A stretch of 64,000 nucleotides of DNA from Camelus dromedarius. Lineage: Eukaryota. The translations under genes were made by a program, and so were the position numbers. Under the pieces are notes generated by a model. It saw nothing but the letters and a program-made list of their open reading frames with translations. It had not been told where the DNA came from and did no database searches. The stretch lies in the NCBI RefSeq assembly GCF_036321535.1, contig NC_087437.1:96350001-96414000 (forward strand), written 5' to 3'. This document shows, one piece after another, positions 51,851 through 64,000 of the stretch (position 1 is the stretch's first letter; every line of letters begins with the position of its first letter).

Positions 51851-54442
51851 TCAACTATACACAGTGTGGTAACAACACCATTTTTGCTTAAGTAGCTGCA
51901 GATTGAGTGAAAATTAATAAAATATAATTTTAAAAGTTGTAATTTTAAACATATATGCAATAGTTGCCTATTTTATTCTCCCCTACAGCCAGAAACTTGG
52001 AGATTAAACAATCTGTAAAAAGGAACAATGAAAAGCAAAAATCCAACATCAATTTTAAATTCTCAGGCACAATAAAATCGTATCTTCTCAATAAATGAAA
52101 ATAAAAGAAGTATAAAAAACACTTCAACATTTTTTAAAGAAGGGAATGTTTGCTATTATTTCACTGTTATAATTTAGAATAAGTTTTGATTTTAAGTGTT
52201 TTTAAAGTGCCTATCAAATTTTCTGAATTCTTAATCACAAAGTTTAATCTGAAATTTTAATTATTTTTCATGTCTTTAACTAATTTTCATGTCATGTAAT
52301 ATTTTTCATATATTTCCAGGCTCAATCTTACTGTACACAACTTTTTATTCAATCAGCAGCTTTGCCATTTACTCCTCCACTTAGGAGATAAGATCAAGAA
52401 CTAAACAGTCTTTATTTTAATGTGTGTTCATTCGTTGATATGTGCCTGAAATATCTGACTCCACCAGGAATTCTGAGTTCTTTTCAAAGCATCGAGGACA
52501 AACTTAGCTTGGGCATTTAATGCGTGTTATCCCAAGGGGAAAAAAATAAAGAAAAATAAAATCTCCTAGACACCTCAAATTTCTCTCCAGAAAAAATAAA
52601 TTTCAGGTTAAAACGTCATCAAGTTTCACATACCCCTTCCTCAACAAATCAGAAAATTTCCATGATGAACTTACTTTGGTTTAAAAATAAAAGAACAGAA
52701 AGGGGCAATCCAAAAGAAACAAAATAACAATAGCCAAAAATATAAGAATCATATGAGAGGGAGACAAATCTAACTACTCACATATGTGAATACATGCAAA
52801 TGGAATTTCCTGAGTTTTTCTATGATTATGTTGACAAGTATCCTTGCCTGAAGTCATTTTTCTTCTTCAGAACCTAAACAATCACAAATATCTAAACTTG
52901 TGATTATCTAACCATGGGTAGTGTGTGCACTGTAATATATGCCTCGAGGGAACTGCAAATGTCAGGAAGATGCAAAAATAGTCAGAGTGTGAAATCATCA
53001 AAGGGACACTGAAAGTTTAGAAGCAATCATTTAAAAGCCCCTTCATGCAGAGTTTCTCTGTTGAAAACAGTCCTGCATTATATTTCTGAAGATCTAAGTT
53101 AAGCTCAAGAGACTGGGAATCTGATAATGGTGTTATGGGCTAACAGGGCATCCTGGATACTTTCAACCTTCTGTAGATTCCATGGAAACAGGAAATGTAA
53201 GAATGCTGTCTTGAGTATTCTAAATGTCTGCTTTAAGAAGAAATAGGGAGAAAGGCCAGTCTCTTTTTCAAGGGGAAAAAGGAAAGGAACAGTCTGATCA
53301 TAGTCGCTTTGAGTTGGGGCTGGTGTGGGGATGCAGGAATGGCATCAAAAGATGGGAGTTTATCACACTTGCCATTCAGGATGGTACTCATCAGTAGAGA
53401 GAATGAGAGCAACATTCATCTTCACAAAGATTCAATGATAAAATAAAATAATCTCTGTAACACCCACTGCTCTGACAACAACAAAAAAAAGAGAAAGAGA
53501 AAGAAGGGACACTTTAGTCTAAGAGCTTAAGAGTGTGTAAGAAAATAAAGCACTAACAATTCTTTTAGTGTTTGAATTCTAAAAAAATCCCCAGCTGTGA
53601 TTTATCATTATTATTTATACTTTCACTTCCATTTTCTCCTTTTGTATTAATTTTTCTTCACAAAGTCTGCAATGTTTTAACATGATGTTACATTTTGGTC
53701 TTGGATCTTATGTCTTCCTCAACTCGCCAATCAACTCCTTCCTGATGACGGTTTAAAGACAATAGGCCAGCATTCCATGAAGTGCTACATCCAGGTCCAT
53801 ACCAGCTTACCTCCAATAGGAAAGATACGTAAGAAGAAGTTTAAACAGCCCACTGTGCTAGTGTGTTCCAGCTTTTAAAGTAAAAAGTGGATTATTTTGA
53901 TTTCTTACAAAAAAGTAGGATTTTTTTGGCTTGCTGCTGATTACAAGGAAAAATTCAAATTTGGATTGCTCACTGATCACGTTTATTCTGATAAATGTTC
54001 CTTGTTTCATACATAAATTTAGTAGCCTCCACATTTCTAACTGCACAGAGGCTCAAAGTGAGTGTGTTGGAACAGAAAACATGCTTTAGACGTGACTATT
54101 CGTTAAGTCCTTCCTGAGTGTTTTAGGACAATCCAAATAACTTTGCTATTCCCTGGGGATAAGAAGACAGATGATGTGCCCTGCTGGGGGGCAGGGGTGG
54201 GGGGCGAGGAGCTAACAACTGAGTTGACTCAGGATCCAGATCTTTCCAGAAAACAAGAAAGCCAAACAGGAGCCTACAGCTGACTGTCATCTAGGGGACA
54301 GGGTTGGAGTAGCAAGGCCAGAAAGGGACTGATGGATAGAACAGGGAGAGATCCTGATGAAGCAAAGAACAGGCTCCATAGGAGAGAGGGAGGGCACTGA
54401 AAAGAGGTGAAGCGTCACAACTAGGGATTTTAGCGCATGGGG

Positions 54443-54954
54443 CACATACCTCATTTTATTGCACTTTGCTTTAGCGAGCTTCACATATACTGAGCTTTTT
54501 TTTTTTTTCTTTTTCCAAATTGAAGGTTTATGGCAACCCTGTGTCGAGCAAATCTATTGGCAACATTTTTCCAATAGTATTTGCTCAACAGGAGTCTCTG
54601 TGTTTTATTTTGGTAATTCTCCCAATATTTCAAACTTTGTTATTGTTATTTTATCTGTTATGATGATCTGTGGTCAGTGATCTTCGATGTTATTAGTGCA
54701 AAATATTACAACTCCCTGAAGTCTCAGATGATGGTTAGCATTTCTTTTTTAAGTAATCAAGTATTTTTTAATTAAGGTACATATATTCTTTTTTTTAGAC
54801 ATAATATTATTGTACACTTAATAGACCAAAATATACACTATAGTACATACATAACTTTTATAAGCACTGTGAAATTTGCATGACATGCTTTGTTACAATA
54901 TTCATTTTATTCTGGTAATCTAGAACCAACCAGAGTATCTCCAAGGTACGCCTG
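54443..54954 (+). mobile_element. Tigger1 internal-deletion derivative (TcMar-Tigger MITE, Tigger1a-like)
   Basis: Left end catacctcattttattgcactttgcttta, internal aaattgaaggtttatggcaaccctgtgtcgagcaa, right end atctccaaggtacgcctg followed by TA. Confidence 0.88.
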
Positions 54955-55649
54955 TACCAGAGTTCAGAGGCATAAAAGGATTGATTCACATATGGTGATG
55001 AGAGATAAAAAGCATTTAAGCTACTATTTAAAAAAAAAACTTTTATCCAAACCAAGAACATACAAAGATATTTCACATTTTACTTTATCGAAAACCATCA
55101 CATTTTTCAAATTACATAGCTCAAATTCATTACAGATAAGCAAAGTTAGACAAATTTAGGACAGTATAAGGATCATCAATTTTTCAGTGTTTTCATTGCA
55201 TGTCTACCAAGGGCCAACAACATGCCACATACTTTGGACACAAAACCCAAATCAGCATACCTAATTTGATGGCATCACAGATTAACAAATACATATGATA
55301 AACTGTAAGTACCTGAAAGAATACAGAAGTGACACCAAGAAAAGAATGGTAACCTTGACTAATTCTGCATGCTCAGTCTGGGAAGGTATGACCCTAGAAA
55401 ACTTCACAGAATGTTAAACAAACACTGAACAGATCTTCAGTAGAGATTTTACAGGCATCTATGCAGAAGCAACTGTATAGTTGACCACGACTTTCTATAA
55501 TTATTAAACAGTTCAAAGAATTTATGATTGGTCCAGTGAAGGCAAAGAGAAAATTCACTTAGCTTAGTAACATACAACCTATTTCAAATATCTTTACCTC
55601 TATCTATATTTTTATTTGTACCTGTATTTTTTCCATCTCTGTATAGTGA

Positions 55650-56030
55650 ATAAGACTACATAGATTTGGACTTAGACTTAGGTTCAAACCCTGGCCTTAC
55701 CACTTAATAGATACATGGCTGTGTGCTTTCTGAACTAATTTCCTTATCTGAGAGGTTATATAAGTTCATTGGTAAAAACAGAAATAGTACTGGAGCTAAA
55801 TTTATTGTGTTTTCTTGTTTGTCGGTTTGTTTGTTTAAATTCTGTCTCTACTATATCCTAGTTCTACTGTTTTCTTGAACAATTTCTTAAATTCTCTGCT
55901 CCCCAGTTCTCTTGTCCTGTAAAGTGGGGATACTAATACTGTCTACCTCATAGGGGTTCAAAGAGTTAACATATGTAGGGCTCATAAATTGTACCTGGTA
56001 AACACAAAGTCCTCAAAAAATATTAGCTGC
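55650..56030 (+). mobile_element. Two adjacent MIR fragments
   Basis: ggttcaaaccctggccttaccactta (55681) and ctgtaaagtggggatactaatactgtctacctcataggg (55918). Confidence 0.7.
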
Positions 56031-56734
56031 ATCCATCTTCAAATTGGGGAGAAAAACAATTACCTATTGATTTGAAATAAGATTATGACAATTTTCAAAA
56101 ATGTTACTCCTAACTTCAAACAAGGAAAGACAAGTCTTATGTATGCTTTCTTTAAAAAAAAAAAGTCTAAAGTTTATTCCTCTTTCCAAAGTCTCATTAA
56201 GAACTAGATTTAGTTGGTGCCACCATTTAGAGAATGTAACAGATAAAGCTTTCTTCCAGTAAATGTAGACATGACCTAAATTACTGCAAAGAGGAAACTC
56301 CAGAGAGTCACAGCAAAGAAAATAAAAAAGTACCCCTCACCTCTGGCGATACCTGATTGTATCTTCCTGATTACTTCTGAACTGCTTTGTTTTGCCACCA
56401 GGCTGAATAATCACTGCCATTAGTCACTGATATTAAGTATTGTTTTATGTCCAACCTAATGGCAAAGGGTTAAAGTAAGGTACACAAGGGATTAAACACC
56501 AAAAATCCTGGGTTTCCTTTTGAAATGGATATACCCAACTAAATCAGATAGCTAACTCCAATTACAGTAAGTCAATAATCTTCAGTCACTTTAACAACAT
56601 GATTCAACAGCCAGACACTCCTGCCATGGATCATGATCTCATATATTCTTTTATGGTCTTGAGGACATAACTTGTGTGTAAATGCCCTTTGAATCTGTAT
56701 TCCAAAAATAACATGTAACAAACAAAACTCAGCT

Positions 56735-57105
56735 TGTACATGACATATAGTGCAACACTTACCAAGCCATAGAAATGAATAAGGATATTTTCTGTTATGA
56801 ATATAGAAGATCATCATAACATATTAGGGGAAATTTTCAAGAGTTCAAAAAAATTATATACACTAAATCGACTATTGTTTAAAAAAGGGAGGAATGAATG
56901 TACCTTTTATATACATATCTCTATACTCAAAACCTTTTTAGGAGGAATAACCAAGAACTTTGGAAGGAGCAACTGGATGAGCTCACAGATAATTTTTATT
57001 GTTTATTCTTTTCTACTTTTGAATTTTGAATCATGCACATTTATTTTACTTTCAAAAACATACAAAAACAATCTCAACTTAGGATATAATTAAATTTTCA
57101 AAAAT
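56735..57105 (+). mobile_element. Old L1ME-type 3' fragment
   Basis: gccatagaaatgaataagg...catattagg...ttttgaatcatgcacatttatt; degenerate. Confidence 0.5.
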
Positions 57106-57404
57106 AAGATAGGAAAATCAGCTTCTGGTCAAGCTCATAAATCACTACATAAAATTATGATTCTTGTAAATATGAACTTTTGTTCTAAATACATTAGATT
57201 TATGAATGAATAAACCTGGTTTAAGAATTCCTACATAATAAGAATGAGGGAATAATTTGGGGTGACATTTTCTCATCAATATAGTAAGCTTATTTCAGGA
57301 AGGAATTATGTTTCATCTTGTCAAATAGTATCATACTAAACGAATGGTAGAAATGGTAGAATTGACAAGTGAATGGTCATTGGATATTATGATAACCAAA
57401 GGCA

Positions 57405-57640
57405 ATATGTTTATAGCTTATGCCCAGCACTATGCTAGTATTGAGTTTGTGCCCTCAGGGAACTTACTGTCTAATTCAGGGAAGGCAATAAGAGGTGCAT
57501 AAAATACACAGGTAATGAAGTTCCGCAAGATTAAGGCAAGTTAAGTTGGACATGCTGGACATCCACAGAAAGGATAAGCAACCAGCCAAGAAGAAAAGGA
57601 AAGGCTTTCTGGGGAAATGACTCTGGAATGATTTTTAGGA
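57405..57640 (-). mobile_element. L2 fragment
   Basis: tatgcccagcactatgctag...gccctcagggaacttactgtcta. Confidence 0.55.
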
Positions 57641-59822
57641 ACCAGACACTTAGACTTCTTCATGAACATTCCACTGCTTGTGTTATTTTAACACAAAATT
57701 AGGAGGAATTACAGATTGCATACCTAAACTTTACAAAACAAAAGTTAAATAATCACCATGGGAATGGTGATTTCCTTTCTATAGTAGTATCTGTAACAGG
57801 ATCTGCTACCAGTAGCTATCATGAAATAGCCCCAAGGGAATACCTCCAGGTCTGTGCCTAAGTCCCTGAAAATGAATGCCAAAGAGCCTTAGGATCTTCA
57901 GAGATAAACATGACCCTACTTGAGACAGGGATCTCTTGGTCTGAGTTGCCTTCCCAGGCCATCTTTAGTCTTTTCTGGCTAAAAGATAGCAGTGTAATAA
58001 TATCTGTTTTCACTGAGTACAAGGGTTCTGAGCTATTATGGAACATTTTAGTCTCATTAATGACTTCAATGTGTGCTGAGGGGTAAGGGAGTGTGAGCAC
58101 CAAGCAGCTGACGGAAAAAGATGTGGGTACAGTCTAGATAAATATGCAGGGGAATAGTTCACATTTAATGTATGTTCCTGAATGAAAAGAGAAAAAAAAA
58201 ACTGTTGAGAAATTTATGTTTTGCATCCTACTGATAACCATTTAAAACCTGATTTAACTTAGCTTGAACCCAAGCACGTTACTAGTTTAGACAGCTTCAT
58301 AGCAAAGGTCCAGATGGAAGGGCTCTACCAAAAATTACTACTCATCAAAAGTGCAGCTATTATGAGTAAAGAGAGAAACTTCAAAGAAATCAGCACCTTC
58401 ATTTGGAAAGCACTAAAGGTGAAGTTTATTCTGTGTTAAAAGTGGAACTCCATGAAATTAAAAAAAGAAAGTATCTTCTTTTAATGTTCTGTACTTAGTT
58501 ATTTCTATGACAGCTGCTTGATATGACAGAAAGTAAAACAAAAAATGAGGAAAGAAGAAAGATATCTTGTTGTCATTGGGAACTGAATGGAAGTTAAGTA
58601 CATCTTCTTTTCAATGGCAAGAGACCCCCAAGAAAGCATTTCAGATCCATTCCTATTTACCATAGTAAAAGCAAGGGCTGTTTCAAAAGTTTTTGAAATG
58701 TTATTTTATAGTGAAATACTCGGCTTAAACAAGAAGATGAGACACTACTGAGTCACATATTATTACTGAATTATTTTGTTTTAGTAAAGGGTTCTACAGT
58801 TAGAATGTAAGCAACATTTAAAATTCAGAGTTAGTAATTCACACTAATTCAGTCAATACATCTCAGCTACTATATTGGTAAACTGGCAGCAAAGTATATT
58901 TAAACCAACAGAGTAAAATCTATAAGAGCAACAGAAAACAATAGTCACACTAAATTGTGACTCAGGCCAGACAGAAAACTTATAGAAAATAAATTCAGAG
59001 AAAGTTTAAGGAAGCACAGTGAATTTTAGTGAATGTAACAGTAATCTGAATAGAGGTTTAAATGACACTATCTTTCAGTGAACATAACTCGTTAAGGCTC
59101 CAAAAATGTCAACAGATCTTAATTAAAATAAACTACTGACATTACAATCATTTTTAAAAACTATTTACTTTTTAGCCATAATCTATTTCTTAAGAAAAGT
59201 CTCTCAGTTCCTTTCCTTCATGGAATTTATTCTGGTCACTCCAACTTACTGTTTTCTTCTTGACACAAATCTAAATGACTAGACTTATAATATTTTTGTT
59301 GAAAACAACTAGAGGACTAATAGAATGCACATCTGGCCTCATAATATTCAAGAAAGTAATCAGATTCTTTTGTTTGGCTTTTTCCAGTCTAAAATGTTAC
59401 CCTTCTTTGGTGTTAAAGCTGATATAGTCATTTCCGAGAGAGAGAGAGAGAATGAGAATGCCAAGTGCAGGTCCAGACAAGAGCAAGGCAGGGGAGGTGA
59501 CCCTTTCTCCTTCCTTTGGATAAACCCACACTGTGAATTCTCTCCCTGGAGCGAGGGCTGCTGGCAGCTACAATTTCTCTGATACACACAATCAAAACAT
59601 ACAGTCTTTTTCAGTTCCCCTTTTCACCAGGAGGTAGCTGTTCTGGAGAGAATTAATTCTCTGACATGATGCTCTCTGTACTTTCAATTTTGATATTAGT
59701 ACTATTATTTTTAAGGAGTACAATTTCTTTACATGCTAGGAACTCCCTATAGTGGACATATAATATTAATAAACAGAAATAAAGGCCAAGGCTTTTTTTC
59801 ATATAAGAAAAACTAAGTCAGT

Positions 59823-59863
<41 letters not shown>
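59823..59863 (+). repeat. (TAGA)10 tetranucleotide microsatellite
   Basis: Perfect uninterrupted array. Confidence 0.97.
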
Positions 59864-60894
59864 GTCAAGATAAAAGATATAGAGATATATAGACACACCT
59901 TTACAGAGAACAATTGGTAAGTTCAACAGAACCTAAATAAACTCTAGAGGCAATATCATTTGTATCTATTTGATTCACCATTATTACATAAATAAATCAC
60001 TAAGTAGGAATAGTACTGGAAAAGATATTATTAAATATGGCTTGATAGTCTTTGCAAAATTTTCTCCCAAATAACATTGCCCTGTCCATTCCAAATTAAA
60101 AAAGAAATCTAAAATAATAAACATGTCTTGCTTCAATTATGATTTTGTTACAATAAGTTCATTTCTTATCATAATTTTAACATAGCTGGTTGGGTCAGTA
60201 GGAAAAATATATGCCACTTTCACTTCATCTAAACAGAGAACTCTAATAGTTAATACAGTAGCACATATAGTTCTTGAACTGTCAGCTGTCAGAAACACCA
60301 TTAATAAATAAGGGAGTAGATATTATTCATGAAAAAGAAAAGCTTGGCTTAGAACTTCTTTAGTTATAAAGCCTTAATCCCTGCCAATCATCCTATCTTA
60401 AGCGGAAGGAACTGCATTTAATGCAAATCTAATGATAACAGTTTCCAACCAACCTACAAGCAACCAGCAAGATCTTCCTTTAAGGCTTCACTGATTGCCT
60501 CTACTGAGTGAGAATTGCATGTTTCCATTCAAAGCAGAAAAAAAAATCAACTTTAATTTACATGTTGTGTAAGAATAGTTTACTGTTCTTTTTCGAAGTT
60601 GGAAGAAACAACTATGTTTTACACAAAATGAAAAGATTATCTGTTGTCCAAGAGATATTTTTCAGCTTTAAAACGGGGCCCCGTACTTACTTCCTTCTTG
60701 CCTATAAACTATAATCAGCATAGAAATGTTGTTAAAATGTATTATGTGAAGAGAATTCTTAACATCAAACTCAGAGATGAAAAGAAATGAGGCTTCTTTT
60801 AGTAACTCTTAAAACTGTACCTTTCTTTTCTGTTTATTATCTTCTTCCCCACGTAGGAATTGACTATGCATTACTCTGGCACTTTTCAGTAATA

Positions 60895-61020
60895 CTCTTT
60901 TCTTTTCCTTTCTTCTACCCTCCCTCCCTCCATCCCTCCTTCATTCTCTCTCTCCTTTACTCTCTTTCTCCTTCCATCATTCTGTCTTCCTCTCCCTGTC
61001 TTTCTTCACTGTCTCCTTCA
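60895..61020 (+). repeat. CT-rich low-complexity polypyrimidine tract
   Basis: About 125 nt, predominantly C/T. Confidence 0.8.
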
Positions 61021-63356
61021 GTACTGTTTCTACTGTCTACCTTTTTTTCTATTGCTATGGATATATATAGAAGGACAACCAGTGATGTGGATTAAGATTC
61101 TGTGGTTCATAAAAGGTGGAATGCCCCAGTAATCCACCCAAATCAAATCCTGGAATGTGAATTGGCAAGAAAATATTAAGCATTGGTAAGTGGGCACCTC
61201 AAGTGGGCATATTATCTAGTAATTTGAAGTAATCCTTTTCTGAACATTAATATATTCAGAAAACTATAACATTAAGTATAACATATCCAGAGAAGTATCA
61301 ACTAATGGGTAAACGATCCTTGGAATTCGATAAAGCTGCTGGCCACTGATGACCAGACTCAATGTTCAATTTTTTTCTTTTTATTTCTATCTCATATGAG
61401 GGAGAAGCTCATTTCATATTCCCCAAACCAGTCATTGTATGAACAAAGTTTCAAATATATATGTATATATTAAGTATCTATATTATATATACACAGGTGC
61501 TTATAAACACGTATGAATGGATAATAAAAATAACCCAAAAGTTATATGTGCTCTTGGATGATCAATTTTGATTTCCCTTTTAAAACTGTTGTTAACTAAA
61601 GTTACACCCAAAATGTTTGCAATAAGAAAAAAAAATAATGATTGAAATTTAGTATGAAGAAAACATAAAAATAGAATCAAGGTGTACGAGTTTTATAAGC
61701 TATGCATGTGAAAGATTTATAACCAGAATCTGTTTAATACACAAACACTTGATACGTGTATCACGAATACTCAAAGAAAATGTTTACACAAATACCGTAA
61801 ATACCAGACAAGGCATAAACACTGAAAATATCGCCTTATAAATAAAATTTCTCTGGTAATTTGATAGGTTAATATTATTAGATGGAAGAAAAATTAAGTT
61901 CCCATAAAACTATACGATTAACCAAAACACTCGTTTGCCATCTCTACTAAAGACTTCCATAAAATTCAGAGGCTCACTAGTCAAATATTCACATAAAGAA
62001 CCACAAGTGAGGTACTAGAAGTGTCAGACACTGGTAATTCTTAGCACTCTAAGAGTTAAAATGAAATCAGAATCCCTTTGAGACGATAAACAGAATAAAG
62101 TTCTGAAAGCTGGAGGTAATATTTCAACCACAGAGTTTATTACACACAGTTTCGTTGCTAAGCATAGCATGTCCCACAGAACCACAGAAAATTACTATTG
62201 CTGATCTCAAAGGTTGAGACTCCATCTCCTCTTGATAATTTCACAGTAAAATGAAGAAGATGTCTCTTGGCTTCTTCACAACACCTTCAATTTTTTCATG
62301 CTGGATGTCTTTTCTTTTTATTACTCATCTAAGAAAACTATCAAACACTCAGCTATTAACCTTACTGAGCTATTAAAGGAATGCACTAGTTCTCTCCTTA
62401 GAAATGGACACTTACGCCTGATGAACTTTTCACTTTGGTTAATCACCAGTTCTACCAGTGCAGTAAGAATTGTGCACAGATTTCTTACTTGTAGTTTTTA
62501 ATGTATATATCCACACAAGAACACTCCAATGTGCTATGTATGTATAGAAACAACAGTGGGCAATTAGGTTATAATCAGGAAAGTGCTAGAGCTTCAGGGT
62601 GAGGAAGGTCCCTGAGCAGAAATCCCTACCCGAGATGAATTGTATTTTCTAGAAGACCTGCAAGTTTCTTCAAATTATTCTAAGGTCCATAGGTGGATAA
62701 GTGAATTTATTATAATAAATATTTCTTTTCACAAACTCGACAACAAAAAAATCACTTTGGTTGTACTCTCATTTTGGTTATCCTAACAAAAGCAGAATAA
62801 TCATCCAGACTGCTCTCTTATCGGATTATTTTATGCTGAACTGCTCTTTAAAAAGAAGTAGAGAGAAAAAACAAAAACAAAAACAAAAAACCTCAGTCGA
62901 AAGTATTTTCTCTAGTCCTTACAACTCCCTTGGATTTCAGATATTCAAAATTTTGCTAGTCAATACTTTTTTCTCCTCCCTAATGGAATGCACTGTCTAA
63001 TAGTCGGCTTAGAGCTTCTATTCATATCTCCACGTCCTTGGGTTAGCTAGAATAATTCACTGAAGGCACTGTAATTGAGTCTGGGGTACACCATAAGAGC
63101 ATCCTCGTGTTAGTACAAAAATGTGAACGTGATTCAAAATTCACTATGAATTTTATTATTGCCCATGTGAATGGTTTACAGATAGCCAGGAAATCTGGAA
63201 CTCCTTTCCACACATAACTTGTTTGTTGAATCTCAGAGGTGTTATACAAAGTAAAAGTTACACAAAACAATGAGTCATTCTAAGAAGACAGAACAATCCT
63301 TTATAGTCTAGTTGTAGGGGTGGGGCAACTAGTTAGATACGGTCTAGTACAGTCAT

Positions 63357-63831
63357 TGAAGGGACCAAAGACCAATCCAAATGGTACAAAGATTAAAATT
63401 ACCTAAACAAACTACAGCTGCAGAAAGAAACCTTATCTAAACTTAAGGAGAGCCTCCTAAAAATACAGCTGCCATTAAACCTTCTCCAAGGGAGTTTCCA
63501 ACTTGAAATGAGACTGATCCTTAGCACTGCGAGGTACAAATTCGGCTGCCATAAATTCCCTCTTGAGGGGCTTCCAGCCAGAAGGGAGACTGCGCATTGT
63601 CTTCAGGATGAAAATGCCAAATGGAACCCTTCACATTTTCCTACTGAAGTTCCAATCTCTCATTTTTGTTAAGCTGGTATACCTACCCTTGCCCATGGCT
63701 ATTCAGCAAGTTACTCACTACTGGGTACTCCCCTATGCATGTCAATTAAGGTTTCTCTTGTTAATCTGTTGTCACTTAATTTGCAGGTCCTTAACCACTT
63801 GGACTTGCTAGAGGAAGATTTCCCCCCAACA
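63357..63831 (+). mobile_element. ERV1 MER34-like solo LTR with 4-bp TSD
   Basis: TG...CA ends flanked by tcat (63353-63356 and 63832-63835); 3' end tctcttgttaatctgttgtcacttaatttgcagg...tagaggaagatttccccccaaca. Confidence 0.8.
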
Positions 63832-64000
63832 TCATGCAAGGAATTAAAAACATTATCTCATTAAATAATCTCAATAAACACAATAAATTATTATTTTTAA
63901 TATCATTAATCTCTGTTTACAAATCAGTACATTGAAGCTTAGAGAAACTGTGTGACCAAGGATATATCGGCTGGTATGTGGTAGAACCAGTATTCTGACC

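Noticed and set aside
53810..53872. Minus-strand donor GAG|gtaagc with open peptide LEHTSTVGCLNFFLRIFPIG
   Set aside because: Weak aaaag acceptor and no recognisable protein
54186..54209. G-run cluster, possible G-quadruplex
   Set aside because: Only three clear G tracts and no functional context
57751..57772. 9-bp stem with a GGGA tetraloop
   Set aside because: Short palindromes of this size are expected by chance in 64 kb of AT-rich DNA
60787..61095. 102-aa Ser/Leu/Phe-rich ORF
   Set aside because: Artefact of the CT-rich low-complexity tract
63043..63270. 75-aa minus-strand ORF, also partly open on the + strand
   Set aside because: No convincing splice sites or homology that I can recognise
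1..64000. CRISPR arrays, operons, rRNA or other prokaryotic systems
   Set aside because: The sequence is clearly mammalian, and I saw no regularly spaced repeats or dense coding regions

Overview
AT-rich, CpG-depleted mammalian non-coding DNA, probably camelid. This rests on a tRNA-derived SINE resembling the camelid Vic-1 family and several artiodactyl/camelid-type L1 3' ends. I could not identify any protein-coding exon or name a host gene, and the six-frame ORFs look like chance or repeat-derived ORFs. Much of the window is interspersed repeats: L1 3' ends with TSDs, L2, MIR, MLT1, two ERV1-type solo LTRs, MER3, MER5, MER58, MER63 and a Tigger1 derivative. The + strand carries more poly-A and (CA)n tracts than poly-T/(TG)n by eye, which suggests (inference only) a large intron of a minus-strand gene. 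The most notable items are: a ~95-nt hairpin at 39546-39640 whose mismatches become G-U pairs on the minus strand and whose arms contain both splice-site-like ends of a 51-nt stop-containing pseudo-exon; a 64-nt minus-strand exon candidate ending in a Kozak ATG (31083-31146); a 25-nt microexon candidate (42471-42495); a 120-bp local duplication that copies a MER58/L1 junction (1432-1551 vs 2712-2831); and several enhancer-like unique blocks. Repeat family names come from recalled consensus sequences, and boundaries without TSDs are approximate.
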